64,000 nucleotides of DNA, from the NCBI GenBank assembly GCA_963712745.1, contig CAVQJC010000020.1, forward strand, positions 352,001 to 416,000, written 5' to 3'. Origin of the DNA: an uncultured Chloroflexia bacterium. Its GTDB lineage: Bacteria; Chloroflexota; Limnocylindria; Limnocylindrales; CSP1-4. Position 1 is the first letter of the stretch. Each line of letters starts with the position of its first letter. Below the pieces are notes generated by a model that saw nothing but the letters and a program-made list of their open reading frames with translations, made no database searches and was not told the origin of the DNA. The position numbers and the translations under genes are program-made. This document shows, piece by piece, positions 50,348 through 60,261 of this stretch.

Positions 50348-50514
50348 TTCGCAATGATCGAACACGACCCAGCCGTCTCGCGGGTTCACGGCAGGCGCAT
50401 GAGTCATTCCATGCGCCACGCGCGTGGAATATGCCCAAGTGTGCGTCGCGGGACCCCGAGCGGCGCGTTCGGCCGGCCAGGGTGATCGCTTCGCTTCGAT
50501 CATTGCGAAGAACC
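50348..50514. repeat. Element bounded by a perfect 15-bp inverted repeat TTCGCAATGATCGAA / TTCGATCATTGCGAA
   Basis: Arms at 50348-50362 and 50495-50509. Confidence 0.65.
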
Positions 50515-50929
50515 GGACGCCACACGACACGGCGGGTTCGGACCTGGCGGAACACGGTCGCTCAGGAACAGACGTGTTGGGCCCGGGCCGCCAAGGAGCG
50601 GACGCCACGGGCGAGGCCTTTCGGCAACGAGCCGCTCGACAAGGGTGCCTCCCCGGTGGGTCGGGGGCGGGCACTTCCACACGGTCGTTCAACGCGAGGC
50701 GGCCCGTTGCAGGGTTACGGGCGAGATGCGGACGCCAACGTGCCCGACACCGGTGCCACCGGCCACGGAACCAGGCGCGATGCCCGTGGTGCAGGGTGGA
50801 GGTGCGGGCGATCCAGCACACCACGACCGGGATCGCGACCCAGCAGAACGAGATCGAGCCCATCCAGCATGATCTGTTCAACGACAGTGTGAAGTGGGGT
50901 TACTCAGACGACAGGAGCGAACCTGGCAG

Positions 50930-51078
50930 CCAGCACGGCGCCCAACCAGCGCCCGTCGCTCCAGCACGGCGCCCAACCAGCGCCCGTCGCTCCAGCACGG
51001 CGCCCAACCAGCGCCCGTCGCTCCAGCACGGCGCCCAACCAGCGCCCGTCGCTCCAGCACGGCGCCCAACCAGCGCCC
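50930..51078. repeat. 31-bp tandem repeat (CCAGCACGGCGCCCAACCAGCGCCCGTCGCT), about 4.8 copies
   Basis: Identical units start at 50930, 50961, 50992, 51023 and 51054; no spacers. Confidence 0.92.
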
Positions 51079-51176
51079 ACGTGGCGCCCCGCCGGCCCCG
51101 TATCCCCGGCTCGCCACCGCGCTATCGCGCTTTCACCCCTGACGGCCCCGAGGCCTGCTCGCTATCGCCCGCCGCG

Positions 51177-52010
51177 CTACCGCCCCCGCAAACCCCGCTC
51201 GCCGAGGAAGAGGTGCTGCACCAGCAGGAAGAACAGCACCGCCGGCAGCGTGAGCATCACCGCTCCCGCCATCAGCAGTGGCCAGTCTGTGGGATCGAGC
51301 TGCTGCAGCTGGCGTAGCCCCAGGGGCAAGGTGTAGAGGCCCTGGTCGCGCAGGTACAGCAGCGGGCTGATGAAGTCGCTCCAGTAGAGGATGAAGGTCA
51401 GCACCGCCACAGCGATGGTCGAAGGCACCGCATTGGGCAGCGCGATACGTCGCCACACCGTGAAGACCCCGGCCCCATCGAGGTGGGCCATCTCGAAGAT
51501 GGCCGGCTGCGCCCGCCGGAAGGTCCAGTAGTAGATGAGCACGAACAGCGGGCTCGAGCCGGCCAGCGATGGCACCACCAGCGCCAGCAGCGAGTCGGTC
51601 AGGCCGATCCAGTTGAAGAGCAGGAAACGGGTCAGCCAAAGGGCCGTGATGGGCACCATCAGCAGCGCCACCGAGAGCACCACCAGCACGGCCCTCGAGC
51701 GCCGCTCGAGCAGAGCCATGGCGAACCCGCCCATGGATGCGGTGATGACGGTGAGCGGCACGGCCAGCGCCACCACCGCCAGCGAATTGAGCAGGTAGCG
51801 CCCAAAAGGCAGCAGCTCGAAGACGGCCGCGTAGTTGTCCGCTGAGGGCGAGGCCGGCAGCCACTCGATGGTCCGCGGCGGTGCCAGGCCCGGCTCGCGC
51901 AGCGAGGCGGTGATCATCCACAGCAGCGGCAGCAGAAAGAGCCCGGCCACCAACAGCGGCACCACATGGCCGGTCACCGCCCCCCTGCCCCGGCCGCGTC
52001 GCTCAGACAT
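51177..52010 (-). CDS. Carbohydrate ABC transporter permease (MalG-like)
   Basis: LLPLLWMI..SL, YLLNSL, EMAHLDGAG, WSDFISPL.YL and TLPLGL. Confidence 0.92.
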   Translation of the reverse strand: MSERRGRGRGAVTGHVVPLLVAGLFLLPLLWMITASLREPGLAPPRTIEWLPASPSADNYAAVFELLPFGRYLLNSLAVVALAVPLTVITASMGGFAMALLERRSRAVLVVLSVALLMVPITALWLTRFLLFNWIGLTDSLLALVVPSLAGSSPLFVLIYYWTFRRAQPAIFEMAHLDGAGVFTVWRRIALPNAVPSTIAVAVLTFILYWSDFISPLLYLRDQGLYTLPLGLRQLQQLDPTDWPLLMAGAVMLTLPAVLFFLLVQHLFLGERGLRGR

Positions 52011-52887
52011 CGGCCGTGTACCCGCGACGACGGAAGAGCAGGTAGATGCCGCCGATGATGGCCGCCGACAGCATGAACGTCACCAACATCAGCGCAGAGC
52101 CTGCCCCGAATCGGAAGCGGTCGAAGGCCTCCTCGTAGGTCAGCAGCGGCAGGAACAAGGTCGAGTAGTAGGGATCGCCACCGGTCATCACGAACGAGGG
52201 CGTGAAGGTCCACTGGAACGTAAGGATGACGTCGCGGAAGGTCAGCAACGCCAGCCACGGCAGCAGCAGCGGCAGCGTCAGGTAGCGGAACGAGGCCCAG
52301 CGTCCGGCACCGTCGACGGCTCCCGCATCGAAGTACTCGCGGGGCAGCCCGCGCAGGGCCGCCAGCAGGACCACGAAGCCCTCGCCGATCTGGAACAGCG
52401 ACATGACCACGAAGGGGTAACGAGCGGTCTCGGCGTCGGCCAACCAGCCTGGCTGCGGCAGACCCAGCGCCCCGAGCGCGACGTTAACGGGCCCGAACAG
52501 AGGATTGAAGATCCACAACCAGATGAGCGCGAAGGCGACGTCGGGAATGACCGTGGGCAGGTACGCCGCCGTGCGATAGCCAGAGGCGCCTCGACGCGGC
52601 CGCTGTAGCAGCAGGGCCAGGCCGAGCGCCCCGAGGATGCGCAGCGGCACCGCCAGCAGGATGAAGACGAGCGAGTTACTGATGGCCGTGGCCACCAGCG
52701 GGTCGGCCGCGAGCAGGCGGAAGTTGGCGAAGCCGACGAACACCGGCGGAGAGAGCGCGTCGTAGGACGTGAACGCGAGCACGGCGGACATCAACGCCGG
52801 CAGCCCCACCAGCAGCAGCGTGCCCACGAGATACGGCAGCAGCAGCAGCCACAGGCCGGCGCGCCAGGACATCAGCGAGCGCTTCAT
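52003..52887 (-). CDS. Carbohydrate ABC transporter permease (MalF-like)
   Basis: FVGFANF, YLPTVIP, LAAL.GLP.EY.DAG.VDGA and MTGGDP. Confidence 0.92.
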   Translation of the reverse strand: MKRSLMSWRAGLWLLLLPYLVGTLLLVGLPALMSAVLAFTSYDALSPPVFVGFANFRLLAADPLVATAISNSLVFILLAVPLRILGALGLALLLQRPRRGASGYRTAAYLPTVIPDVAFALIWLWIFNPLFGPVNVALGALGLPQPGWLADAETARYPFVVMSLFQIGEGFVVLLAALRGLPREYFDAGAVDGAGRWASFRYLTLPLLLPWLALLTFRDVILTFQWTFTPSFVMTGGDPYYSTLFLPLLTYEEAFDRFRFGAGSALMLVTFMLSAAIIGGIYLLFRRRGYTADV

Positions 52888-52930
52888 CGGACGCGGACCC
52901 CGACCTCGATCACCACCGGGGCAGTGTGCC

Positions 52931-54223
52931 CTAGCCTTCCTCGCCCGCGAAGAATGGCAGCGTGCGCGTGATCATGGCGTCGATGGCCTCGTCCACCGTG
53001 GCCTGTCCGTAGAACGCCCGCTCCAGCTCGTCGCCGGTGAGCTCTTCGACGTCGACCCAGCTAGCCATCACCGGCACCGTCCGCAGCGTATCGACCGTCT
53101 CGAGCCAGACCGCGGAGTTGGCCGGCGCCGCGTTCGGGTCCAGGAAGGCCTCGGACGAGGCGACCTCGATGAGCGAGGGTACCGTTCGGCCCGACGCCGC
53201 CACGATGGCCTGCCCCTGCGGCGAGTTGGCGAACTCGATGAAGGCCCAGGCCGCGTCCTTGTCCTCGGTCGCAGCGGCCATGCAGTAGGCGTCCGAGTGC
53301 AGGATGCCGGCCCGCTCGATCCCGACCGGCAGCGCCGCCACGTCCCAGGCGAGATCGTCGACGCCGCGCGCAGTAGGGGTTCCTCGCCGGCTGTTGAGGA
53401 ACATCGCCGTGCGCCCGTTGAGGAAGCGGCTCTCGGAGTCCTCGGCTGCCTCGGTCAGCGCGTCGGGGGCCACGCCGTACTCGGTCTGCAGGGCCACGAA
53501 CCATGCGACGGCTTCTCGCGCCGGTCGCGAGTCGAGCGCCAGGCGGATGGGCCGCAGGCCCGACTCGAGCACCACCAGCTCGCCACCGTTCTGCCAGACG
53601 AAAGGAGCCAGCCGGAAGATCGAGGGCTCGATGCCCAGGCCGTATTGATCCGTGACCCCATCCCCATCGAGATCCTGGGTCAGCGCTTGGGCCGTGGCCA
53701 GGAACTCCTCCCAGGTCCAGTCATCGGACGGGTAGGCCAGCCCGGCCGCGTCGAAGAGGTCGCGGTTGTAGTAAACGACGAGGCTGCTGATGTTCTGGGG
53801 GATGCACATCAGCTGGCCGCGCCAGCGGAAGGGGTCGGTCGCGACCGGGAAGAAGTCGCTGTCACTGATGACGTCACTGCGTCGCAGGTACGGCGCCAGT
53901 GGTTCGAGCACTCCCCTGGCCGCGAACGGCGCGTAGCGGCGGTAGTTGATGAGCACCACGTCCGCCGGGTCGCCCGCCGCGAAGTCCGCGCCCAGCCGCT
54001 GCCGATAGTCCGATGCGCTGGGGATGTGGATGAGCTCGACCTCGATCTCCGGTTGCGACTCCTCGAAGGCGGCCACCAGCGACTTGTAGGCAGCCAGCTC
54101 GGCCGGATCGCCGAAGACCATGAAGGACACGCGGCGGTCCTGGGCCACCGACCCGCTCACGAGCACGGCCAAGCCGAGCACGACGACGGCCAGGGAGCGG
54201 GCGAGCAGCGGGAGACGAACCAT
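52931..54223 (-). CDS. Sugar ABC substrate-binding protein (family 1)
   Basis: Signal peptide, YYNRDLFDAAGL.YP..DWTWEEF, F.NGRTAM and AWAFIEF. Confidence 0.9.
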   Translation of the reverse strand: MVRLPLLARSLAVVVLGLAVLVSGSVAQDRRVSFMVFGDPAELAAYKSLVAAFEESQPEIEVELIHIPSASDYRQRLGADFAAGDPADVVLINYRRYAPFAARGVLEPLAPYLRRSDVISDSDFFPVATDPFRWRGQLMCIPQNISSLVVYYNRDLFDAAGLAYPSDDWTWEEFLATAQALTQDLDGDGVTDQYGLGIEPSIFRLAPFVWQNGGELVVLESGLRPIRLALDSRPAREAVAWFVALQTEYGVAPDALTEAAEDSESRFLNGRTAMFLNSRRGTPTARGVDDLAWDVAALPVGIERAGILHSDAYCMAAATEDKDAAWAFIEFANSPQGQAIVAASGRTVPSLIEVASSEAFLDPNAAPANSAVWLETVDTLRTVPVMASWVDVEELTGDELERAFYGQATVDEAIDAMITRTLPFFAGEEG

Positions 54224-54245
54224 GCGGCCCGATAGGATAGCCGCC

Positions 54246-54665
54246 ATGTCCGACACCGGCTCCGACCTCTCCGGCTCCGACCTCTCCGGCTCCGACCCCT
54301 CCGGCCAGGCGCGTTCATCGTGGGCGCCCGTGCTCATCGGTGCCGGCTTCGTCTATGCCGCGCTGGGGGCGCTCCTCGTCGTCGTCTTCTTCCTCGGCGG
54401 CATCCAGTCCTCGCTCTTCCCCACCGGCTGGCTCTTCCCCGCCGTCCTGCTCGTGACTGGCGCGCTGATGGCTGCCCGCCGCCGCTTCGACATCGTGGCC
54501 ACGCTGTGGGGCAGCCTGACGCTGGCGGTGTTCCTGCTGGGCGTGCTCGTCTACGTCAACGCGCTGGACCTCGGGCTCGACGATGCGGCCGCCTTCGACG
54601 CCACCCTCATCGTGGCCGGCTTCGGTCTTCTCGTGCTCGTGCTGCGGCCGGCGTTCCGCGACTGA
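54246..54665 (+). CDS. Hypothetical membrane protein (about 4 TM) with N-terminal GSDLS repeats
   Basis: Hydrophobic segments; 15-bp CCGGCTCCGACC(T/C)CT x3. Confidence 0.65.
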   Translation: MSDTGSDLSGSDLSGSDPSGQARSSWAPVLIGAGFVYAALGALLVVVFFLGGIQSSLFPTGWLFPAVLLVTGALMAARRRFDIVATLWGSLTLAVFLLGVLVYVNALDLGLDDAAAFDATLIVAGFGLLVLVLRPAFRD

Positions 54666-54689
54666 CAGCGAGGCCGCCGGACCTCCGTA

Positions 54690-54718
54690 CTGTCACCGAA
54701 ACGTGATATCGGTGACAG
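54690..54718. other. 10-bp inverted repeat CTGTCACCGA-N9-TCGGTGACAG (terminator or operator)
   Basis: Read directly in the intergenic region. Confidence 0.5.
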
Positions 54719-54843
54719 CGCACTGTCCCGAACCGGTGTAGGCTCGCGCGAAATCGGGGAAGGTCGTCCTCGAACGGCCGCCCTCGCCAGACCCGGGAAA
54801 GCCCAGCCCGACAGCGCAAAGCGCGAGAGAGGTACCTCAACCG

Positions 54844-55494
54844 ATGCTGACGCCGGACACCCCACGACGTCGCCTTCGCGGGCTCGCTGCGGCCACGCTG
54901 GCCGCCACCATGCTTGCCCCCGCGAGTGCTGCCATGGCCATCGATGCCGGATCTGCCGAGATGGAGACCGGCGGGGCCGACGCGTCCGCGAGCGCCGCCA
55001 CGGCCGATGAGCTGCGCTCCCTGGTCGATGACCTGAGCCTGGCCAACGATGCCCTCCTGGCTGACAAGCACACGTTGCAGGTCGAGATCGAGGCACTCGC
55101 CGTCGAGCGCGACCGGCTGCTCGAATCGCTGACCCGCTTCGACGAGCTCTACGATCCGCTCGAGTCGGACCGCCAGCTGCTCTTCGAGCTGCGCAAGGGC
55201 CTGCCCGAGACACGCCCCGAGGCCGAGGCGCAGCTGGCGCGCATCCGCTCGCTGGCGCTCTCATCCGATCCCGCCAGGCTGGGCCAACTCGTCGACCGCA
55301 TCGACGACACCGCGCCCGCCTTCCTCGACTGGCGCTTCGGCGAGTTCGAGGACACCGCGCAGTTCAGTGCGGCCTACATCGACATGGGGGCCAATGCCTT
55401 CGACTCCTCCATGGAGGACTTCCGCTCCGAGGCGCTGATGTCGGTCGCCAACCGGCTCGACGGGCTCCTCACCATCCTCGACCGGGTCCGCTAG
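54844..55494 (+). CDS. Hypothetical secreted coiled-coil protein
   Basis: RRR-hydrophobic-AxA signal peptide, heptad-rich helix and GAGGT RBS. Confidence 0.65.
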   Translation: MLTPDTPRRRLRGLAAATLAATMLAPASAAMAIDAGSAEMETGGADASASAATADELRSLVDDLSLANDALLADKHTLQVEIEALAVERDRLLESLTRFDELYDPLESDRQLLFELRKGLPETRPEAEAQLARIRSLALSSDPARLGQLVDRIDDTAPAFLDWRFGEFEDTAQFSAAYIDMGANAFDSSMEDFRSEALMSVANRLDGLLTILDRVR

Positions 55495-55531
55495 CGCGGC
55501 CTGCCCCTCCCGTTACCCCACAAGGAGAACG

Positions 55532-57742
55532 ATGACCGCTCCCCGAACGTCGTGGCGCGTTGCGCTCGGCGCCTCACTCGCCCTTGCCCTGAGCATCTCC
55601 GTCCCGGCTGCCGCCGAGGAGGAAGAAGGCCCCATCGGGCATGACCCCTCCAACGTCATCCCGCTGCTGGGCGCCGAGCCCATGGACCTGCTCGGCCCCG
55701 CGGGCCAGCTGCTCACCGGACAGGCCTGGCTGATGGCCCAGGGCATCGACCCGGGCCAGGGCCCGAGTACCGCGGTCGACCCGCTGCTGGGTCCGAACCT
55801 GGGCACCAGCGGAGGCGGCTCGAACCGTACGCAGGCCGCAGGAGCCGGCGCACCGGTCCCCTTCCGCGAGCCGGGGCCGGCCTTCAGCCGCAACATCCTC
55901 GTCACTCGCGACTTCAGCAATTCGCCCTTCCAGACCGAGCCGCACATCGAGGCCAACCCCGAAGACCCTGAGCATCTCGTGCTCGGCGTCATCGACTACG
56001 CCTTCCCGGCCAACTCGGTCTACGTGAGCTTCGACGGCGGCGAGCGCTGGGAGGGGCCCAACCAGGTGCCCTACCTGCAAAAGGACCTCGGGGCCGGCGG
56101 CGATCCAGTCATGGCCTTCGACCGCGACGGCAACGTCTACATGGCCTATATCTCCATCGGCATCGACGAGTTCAACCTGGGACCGATCGAGGTGGCGGCA
56201 CAGGTCTCGAGCATCGCCGTGGCCAAGTCGGAGGACGACGGCTTCACCTGGCCCACGCAGATCTCCTCGGCCCGCAGCACCGTAAACACCGACGGTCTCG
56301 AGACCGACCGGTTCGGGCGGCTCCGCGGCCTGGTCGACCTCAGCTTCCTGGACAAGCCCTGGCTCACGTCCGGGCCTCATCCGGAAGATCCCGACAAGGA
56401 CGTGCTCTACGTCACCTACACCAACTTCGACCTCTCCTACGAGATCCTCTACATCGGCGAGATCCCCAACCTGCTGCCGACCGAGATGCGCACCACCATC
56501 GAGCTGGTCAAGTCCGAGGACGGCGGGCTCACCTGGAGCGACCCCATGGGGGTGAGCCCGACCGTACGCCGTGCCTACGGTGAGCGAGGTGACGACAGCG
56601 GCGCCACCGGCGTCTTCGGCACGCTGCGCGTGGTCCAGGGCAGCCAGCCTGCGGTCGCTCCCGACGGCACCGTGCACGTGGCCTGGATGGACAGCACCGA
56701 CGACCGCTCCCAGGAGGGCGCCGGCGAGATCTATGTGGCCAGCAGCACCGACGCCGGCGAGACGTGGTCGACGCCGGTCCTGGCCTCGGTCTTCAACGAG
56801 ACGGAGTTCCGGCCGCGCAACGCCTTCTTCCGCTTCTGGGCCTCGTCGTTCCCGCAGATCGCGACCGGACCCGAGGGCGAGGTCTACATCGCCTATGTCG
56901 GACGGCCGCAAGACAAGCCCAACGACGATGGCGATGTCTTCCTGGTCACGTCGCTTGACGGCGGCCAGAGCTGGTCAAGACCCAAGGTCCTCAACGACGA
57001 CGACACCGAGCGTGTCCAGTTCTTCCCGTCCATCGATGTCGACCCCAACGGCACGCTCCACGCGATGTGGGGCGACATGCGTCACGACCCGGCGCAGACG
57101 CGCTACCACATCTACTACACGCGCTCCGACGACCAGGGCGAGACCTTCGGCTTCACCAACGAGGAGCTGGGTCTCTCCGTCGGTGATACGCGCGTCACCG
57201 ATTTCGCCTCCAATCCCAACTACGCCTTCCCGCGCGGGCTATTCATCGGCGACTACTTCAGCCTCACCGCCACCGAGGACGACGTGCACATGGCCTGGCC
57301 GGATGCGCGCCTGGGCGAGTTCGGCCCCATCAACCAGAAGATCGCCGTGGCCCGCACCAAGCAGGTCGACGCACCGGATATCTTCATCAACCCGGCGTCT
57401 GGCCCGGGCGGCCAGCAGGTGACCCTGCAGGGCTTCGCCTTCCAGCCGGACATGGGCGTCTTCGTGCAGCTCGGTGACAGCACCATCTCCACCCTGCGCA
57501 CCGACCTGGACGGCGAGTTCACCGCCCAGATCTACATGCCCATCACCAGTGAGGGCCCGCAGACCATCTCGGTCTTCGACGAATCGGGCAACGGAGCCCG
57601 CACCTCCTTCTTCACCGACTTCGGCTTCGGCAACATCAAGGACACCATCGAGGACCTGGCCCAGCTCCTGGTCGAGGCGGAGACGGTGGACAGCGGGCCC
57701 GCTGAGCCCGTCGAAGCTAGCCCCTCACCGGACGAGGAGTAG
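55532..57742 (+). CDS. Secreted Asp-box (BNR) beta-propeller protein, sialidase-like, with C-terminal Ig-like domain
   Basis: Six Asp boxes (SFDGGERW, SEDDGFTW, SEDGGLTW, STDAGETW, SLDGGQSW, SDDQGETF); DKPW and FIGDY motifs. Confidence 0.8.
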   Translation: MTAPRTSWRVALGASLALALSISVPAAAEEEEGPIGHDPSNVIPLLGAEPMDLLGPAGQLLTGQAWLMAQGIDPGQGPSTAVDPLLGPNLGTSGGGSNRTQAAGAGAPVPFREPGPAFSRNILVTRDFSNSPFQTEPHIEANPEDPEHLVLGVIDYAFPANSVYVSFDGGERWEGPNQVPYLQKDLGAGGDPVMAFDRDGNVYMAYISIGIDEFNLGPIEVAAQVSSIAVAKSEDDGFTWPTQISSARSTVNTDGLETDRFGRLRGLVDLSFLDKPWLTSGPHPEDPDKDVLYVTYTNFDLSYEILYIGEIPNLLPTEMRTTIELVKSEDGGLTWSDPMGVSPTVRRAYGERGDDSGATGVFGTLRVVQGSQPAVAPDGTVHVAWMDSTDDRSQEGAGEIYVASSTDAGETWSTPVLASVFNETEFRPRNAFFRFWASSFPQIATGPEGEVYIAYVGRPQDKPNDDGDVFLVTSLDGGQSWSRPKVLNDDDTERVQFFPSIDVDPNGTLHAMWGDMRHDPAQTRYHIYYTRSDDQGETFGFTNEELGLSVGDTRVTDFASNPNYAFPRGLFIGDYFSLTATEDDVHMAWPDARLGEFGPINQKIAVARTKQVDAPDIFINPASGPGGQQVTLQGFAFQPDMGVFVQLGDSTISTLRTDLDGEFTAQIYMPITSEGPQTISVFDESGNGARTSFFTDFGFGNIKDTIEDLAQLLVEAETVDSGPAEPVEASPSPDEE

Positions 57743-57746
57743 GTCG

Positions 57747-60215
57747 ATGCCCACACTCGCAGACGGGCGCCGAGCAGCGCCCATCCGGCTGGCGCTCGTG
57801 GCTGCCCTCAGCGCGGGCCTGCTGGCGAGCCTGACGCCGCTGGTGGCGTCAGCCCAGGAGGACGCCTACGCGCCGCCCCACGGGCAACCGGGCCCGGCCG
57901 CCGACCGCCTGCTCTACAACTCGGTCTTCGTCGACCAGGCACCCATGGCCGTCGAGGCCGGCGATGTGGACCTGTACCTCTTCGGCCTCAAGACCGAGGC
58001 CGCCCAGGACCTGCGCGGCACCGATGGCGTGGAGCTCATCGATGCGCCGGCCACGCAGGTGTCGCTCATCCTCAACCCCGCCCCGGCCGGCGAAGGCGAG
58101 CTCAACCCGTTCTCCATCAAGAAGATCCGCCAGGCCATGCAGCTGCTGGTCAACCGGGACGCCATCGCCCAGGACATCTACCGCGGCGCCGGTCAGCCCA
58201 TGCTCACGCACGTGGGCCCCAGCGACCCCGACTTCCTGACCATCTACGACATCGATCGCGGATCGGGCATCGACTACGCCCCCGAGCTGGGCCGCGAGCT
58301 CATCGCCGAAGCCATGACAGAGGCCGGTGCCGAGCTCGTGGACGGCATCTGGCACTACGACGGCCAGCCGGTGCGGCTGAAGCTCGTCGGGCGCGTCGAG
58401 GACGAGCGGCGTGAGATCGCCGACCTCGTCCGTAACGAGCTGGAGCAGGCCGGCTTCGCGGTGGCCATCACCTACGACCAGTTCGGTCCGGCCCTGCAGA
58501 AGGTCTACTCCAGCGATCCGGCAGCGTTCGAGTGGCACATCTACACCGAGGGCTGGGGCCGCAGCGCCCCGCGACGCTACGACGTTGGCTCGGTCAACGC
58601 CTATATCGCGCCCTGGCTGGGCCAGATGCCCGGCTGGCGCGAGGAGGGCTACTGGCAGTACGAGAACGAAGAGTTGGAAGTCCTGGACCAGACGGTGGGG
58701 CGCGGCGAGCTCGACGCCCTGGGCCAGACGCTCTATCGCGGCGAGTTCCACAGCCTCGAGGAGCGCAACGACATCTATCGCCTCATGACCGCGGCCGGCC
58801 TCGACGAGTCCGTGCGCATCTGGCTGGCCACGGTCGACAACAGCTTCCCCGCAGTCGACACGCTCGAGGGAATGACGCGTGACATCGTGGCCGGGCCGCG
58901 CAACCCGTGGGCCCTGCGCGAGGCCTTCGTGCCCGGCAGTGGCGACGTACGCGTGGGTCACCAGTGGGTCTGGACCGACCGCACCACCTACAACCCCGTC
59001 GGTGGTCTCGGCGACGTCTACTCCACCGATCTCTGGCGCAACCTGGCCGACCCGCCCATCTGGAACGATCCCTTTACCGGCATCCCCAAAGGCTTCCGGG
59101 CCGATTACGAGGTCGAATCGGCCGGCCCGGACGGCACCCTCGAGGTGCCGGCCGACGCGGTCACCTGGGACGTCGAGTCCAAGACCTGGACGCCGGTCGA
59201 ACCGGGCACGACAGCCGTGAGCAAGGTCACCTTCGACTACTCGAAGTACACCGGCTCCAACTGGCACCACGGCCAGCCCATCACCATGGCCGACGCGGTC
59301 TATTCGATCGCACAGTCGTTCGACCTCGCCTACGACCCCGAAAAGGCGCGCATCGAGACGGCCCTGGCGGTGACGTCACGGCCGATCCTCGAGACGTTCA
59401 AGGGCTTCCGCCTGGCCGATGACGGAAGCCTCGAGGTCTACGTCGACTACTGGCACTTCGACGACGACCACATCGGCGCGTATGCCAGCTCGGTCGGCTT
59501 CGACATGCCCTGGGAGCTGAAGGCGGCCATGGACGACCTCGTCTTCGAGCAGCGCCGCGCGGCCTACAGCGACACCGCGGCCAGCCGCTTCAGCGTTCCC
59601 TGGATCAGCCTCGTGCTCAAGCGCGATGCCGGCCTGGTGGACCGCACGCTGCGCGGCTTCGAGCGGGACGGATTCGTGCCGCCGGGCGTCTTCGAGTTCG
59701 GAGGCACCTCGCTGGTCACGCCCGAGGAGGCGGTGGCCCGCTACGAGGCCGCCCAGGACTGGTTCGACGACAAGGACCACCTGGTCATCAGCCAGGGTCC
59801 GTTCTACCTCGAGCAGTTCGATCCACCGGCCCAGTTCGCTGAGCTCCTCGCCTTCCGCGACCCGAGCTACCCCTTCAAGCCCGGCGACTTCTACCGTGGC
59901 GAGCCGCCCACCCTGGCCATCGACGACATCAGCACCGCGCCGGTGGTCGCCGGCGAGGATGCGGTCATCACCGCCACCGTCAGCGGACCGGGCAGCGTGG
60001 GCCTGCAGTACCTGCTGCTTGACCCGGCGCTGGGCGCGGTCGAGGCATCCGGGCGGGCCGAGGAGACCGGCGAAGGCACCTTCACGGTGACCATCCCCGC
60101 TGAGGTCACGCAAGACCTCTTCCCGGGGGGCTTCTACGAGCTCTACCTCGCAGCCGATAGCGATTCGCTGGCGCTCATCAGCGAACGCAAGGTCGACCTC
60201 GAGGTGGACCTCTAG
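57747..60215 (+). CDS. Large family-5 (peptide/oligosaccharide) ABC substrate-binding protein
   Basis: Signal peptide, LNPAP...NPF....IRQAM..LVNRD, WHHGQPITMAD and GPFYL; precedes Opp-type permeases. Confidence 0.85.
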   Translation: MPTLADGRRAAPIRLALVAALSAGLLASLTPLVASAQEDAYAPPHGQPGPAADRLLYNSVFVDQAPMAVEAGDVDLYLFGLKTEAAQDLRGTDGVELIDAPATQVSLILNPAPAGEGELNPFSIKKIRQAMQLLVNRDAIAQDIYRGAGQPMLTHVGPSDPDFLTIYDIDRGSGIDYAPELGRELIAEAMTEAGAELVDGIWHYDGQPVRLKLVGRVEDERREIADLVRNELEQAGFAVAITYDQFGPALQKVYSSDPAAFEWHIYTEGWGRSAPRRYDVGSVNAYIAPWLGQMPGWREEGYWQYENEELEVLDQTVGRGELDALGQTLYRGEFHSLEERNDIYRLMTAAGLDESVRIWLATVDNSFPAVDTLEGMTRDIVAGPRNPWALREAFVPGSGDVRVGHQWVWTDRTTYNPVGGLGDVYSTDLWRNLADPPIWNDPFTGIPKGFRADYEVESAGPDGTLEVPADAVTWDVESKTWTPVEPGTTAVSKVTFDYSKYTGSNWHHGQPITMADAVYSIAQSFDLAYDPEKARIETALAVTSRPILETFKGFRLADDGSLEVYVDYWHFDDDHIGAYASSVGFDMPWELKAAMDDLVFEQRRAAYSDTAASRFSVPWISLVLKRDAGLVDRTLRGFERDGFVPPGVFEFGGTSLVTPEEAVARYEAAQDWFDDKDHLVISQGPFYLEQFDPPAQFAELLAFRDPSYPFKPGDFYRGEPPTLAIDDISTAPVVAGEDAVITATVSGPGSVGLQYLLLDPALGAVEASGRAEETGEGTFTVTIPAEVTQDLFPGGFYELYLAADSDSLALISERKVDLEVDL

Positions 60216-60261
60216 GCTTGGGAACGTCTACATAGCCGCACGCAGGGAGGGCTGATCGAGC

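Noticed and set aside
50930-51078. 31-bp repeats as a CRISPR array
   Set aside because: Units are directly adjacent with no unique spacers, and no cas genes are present.
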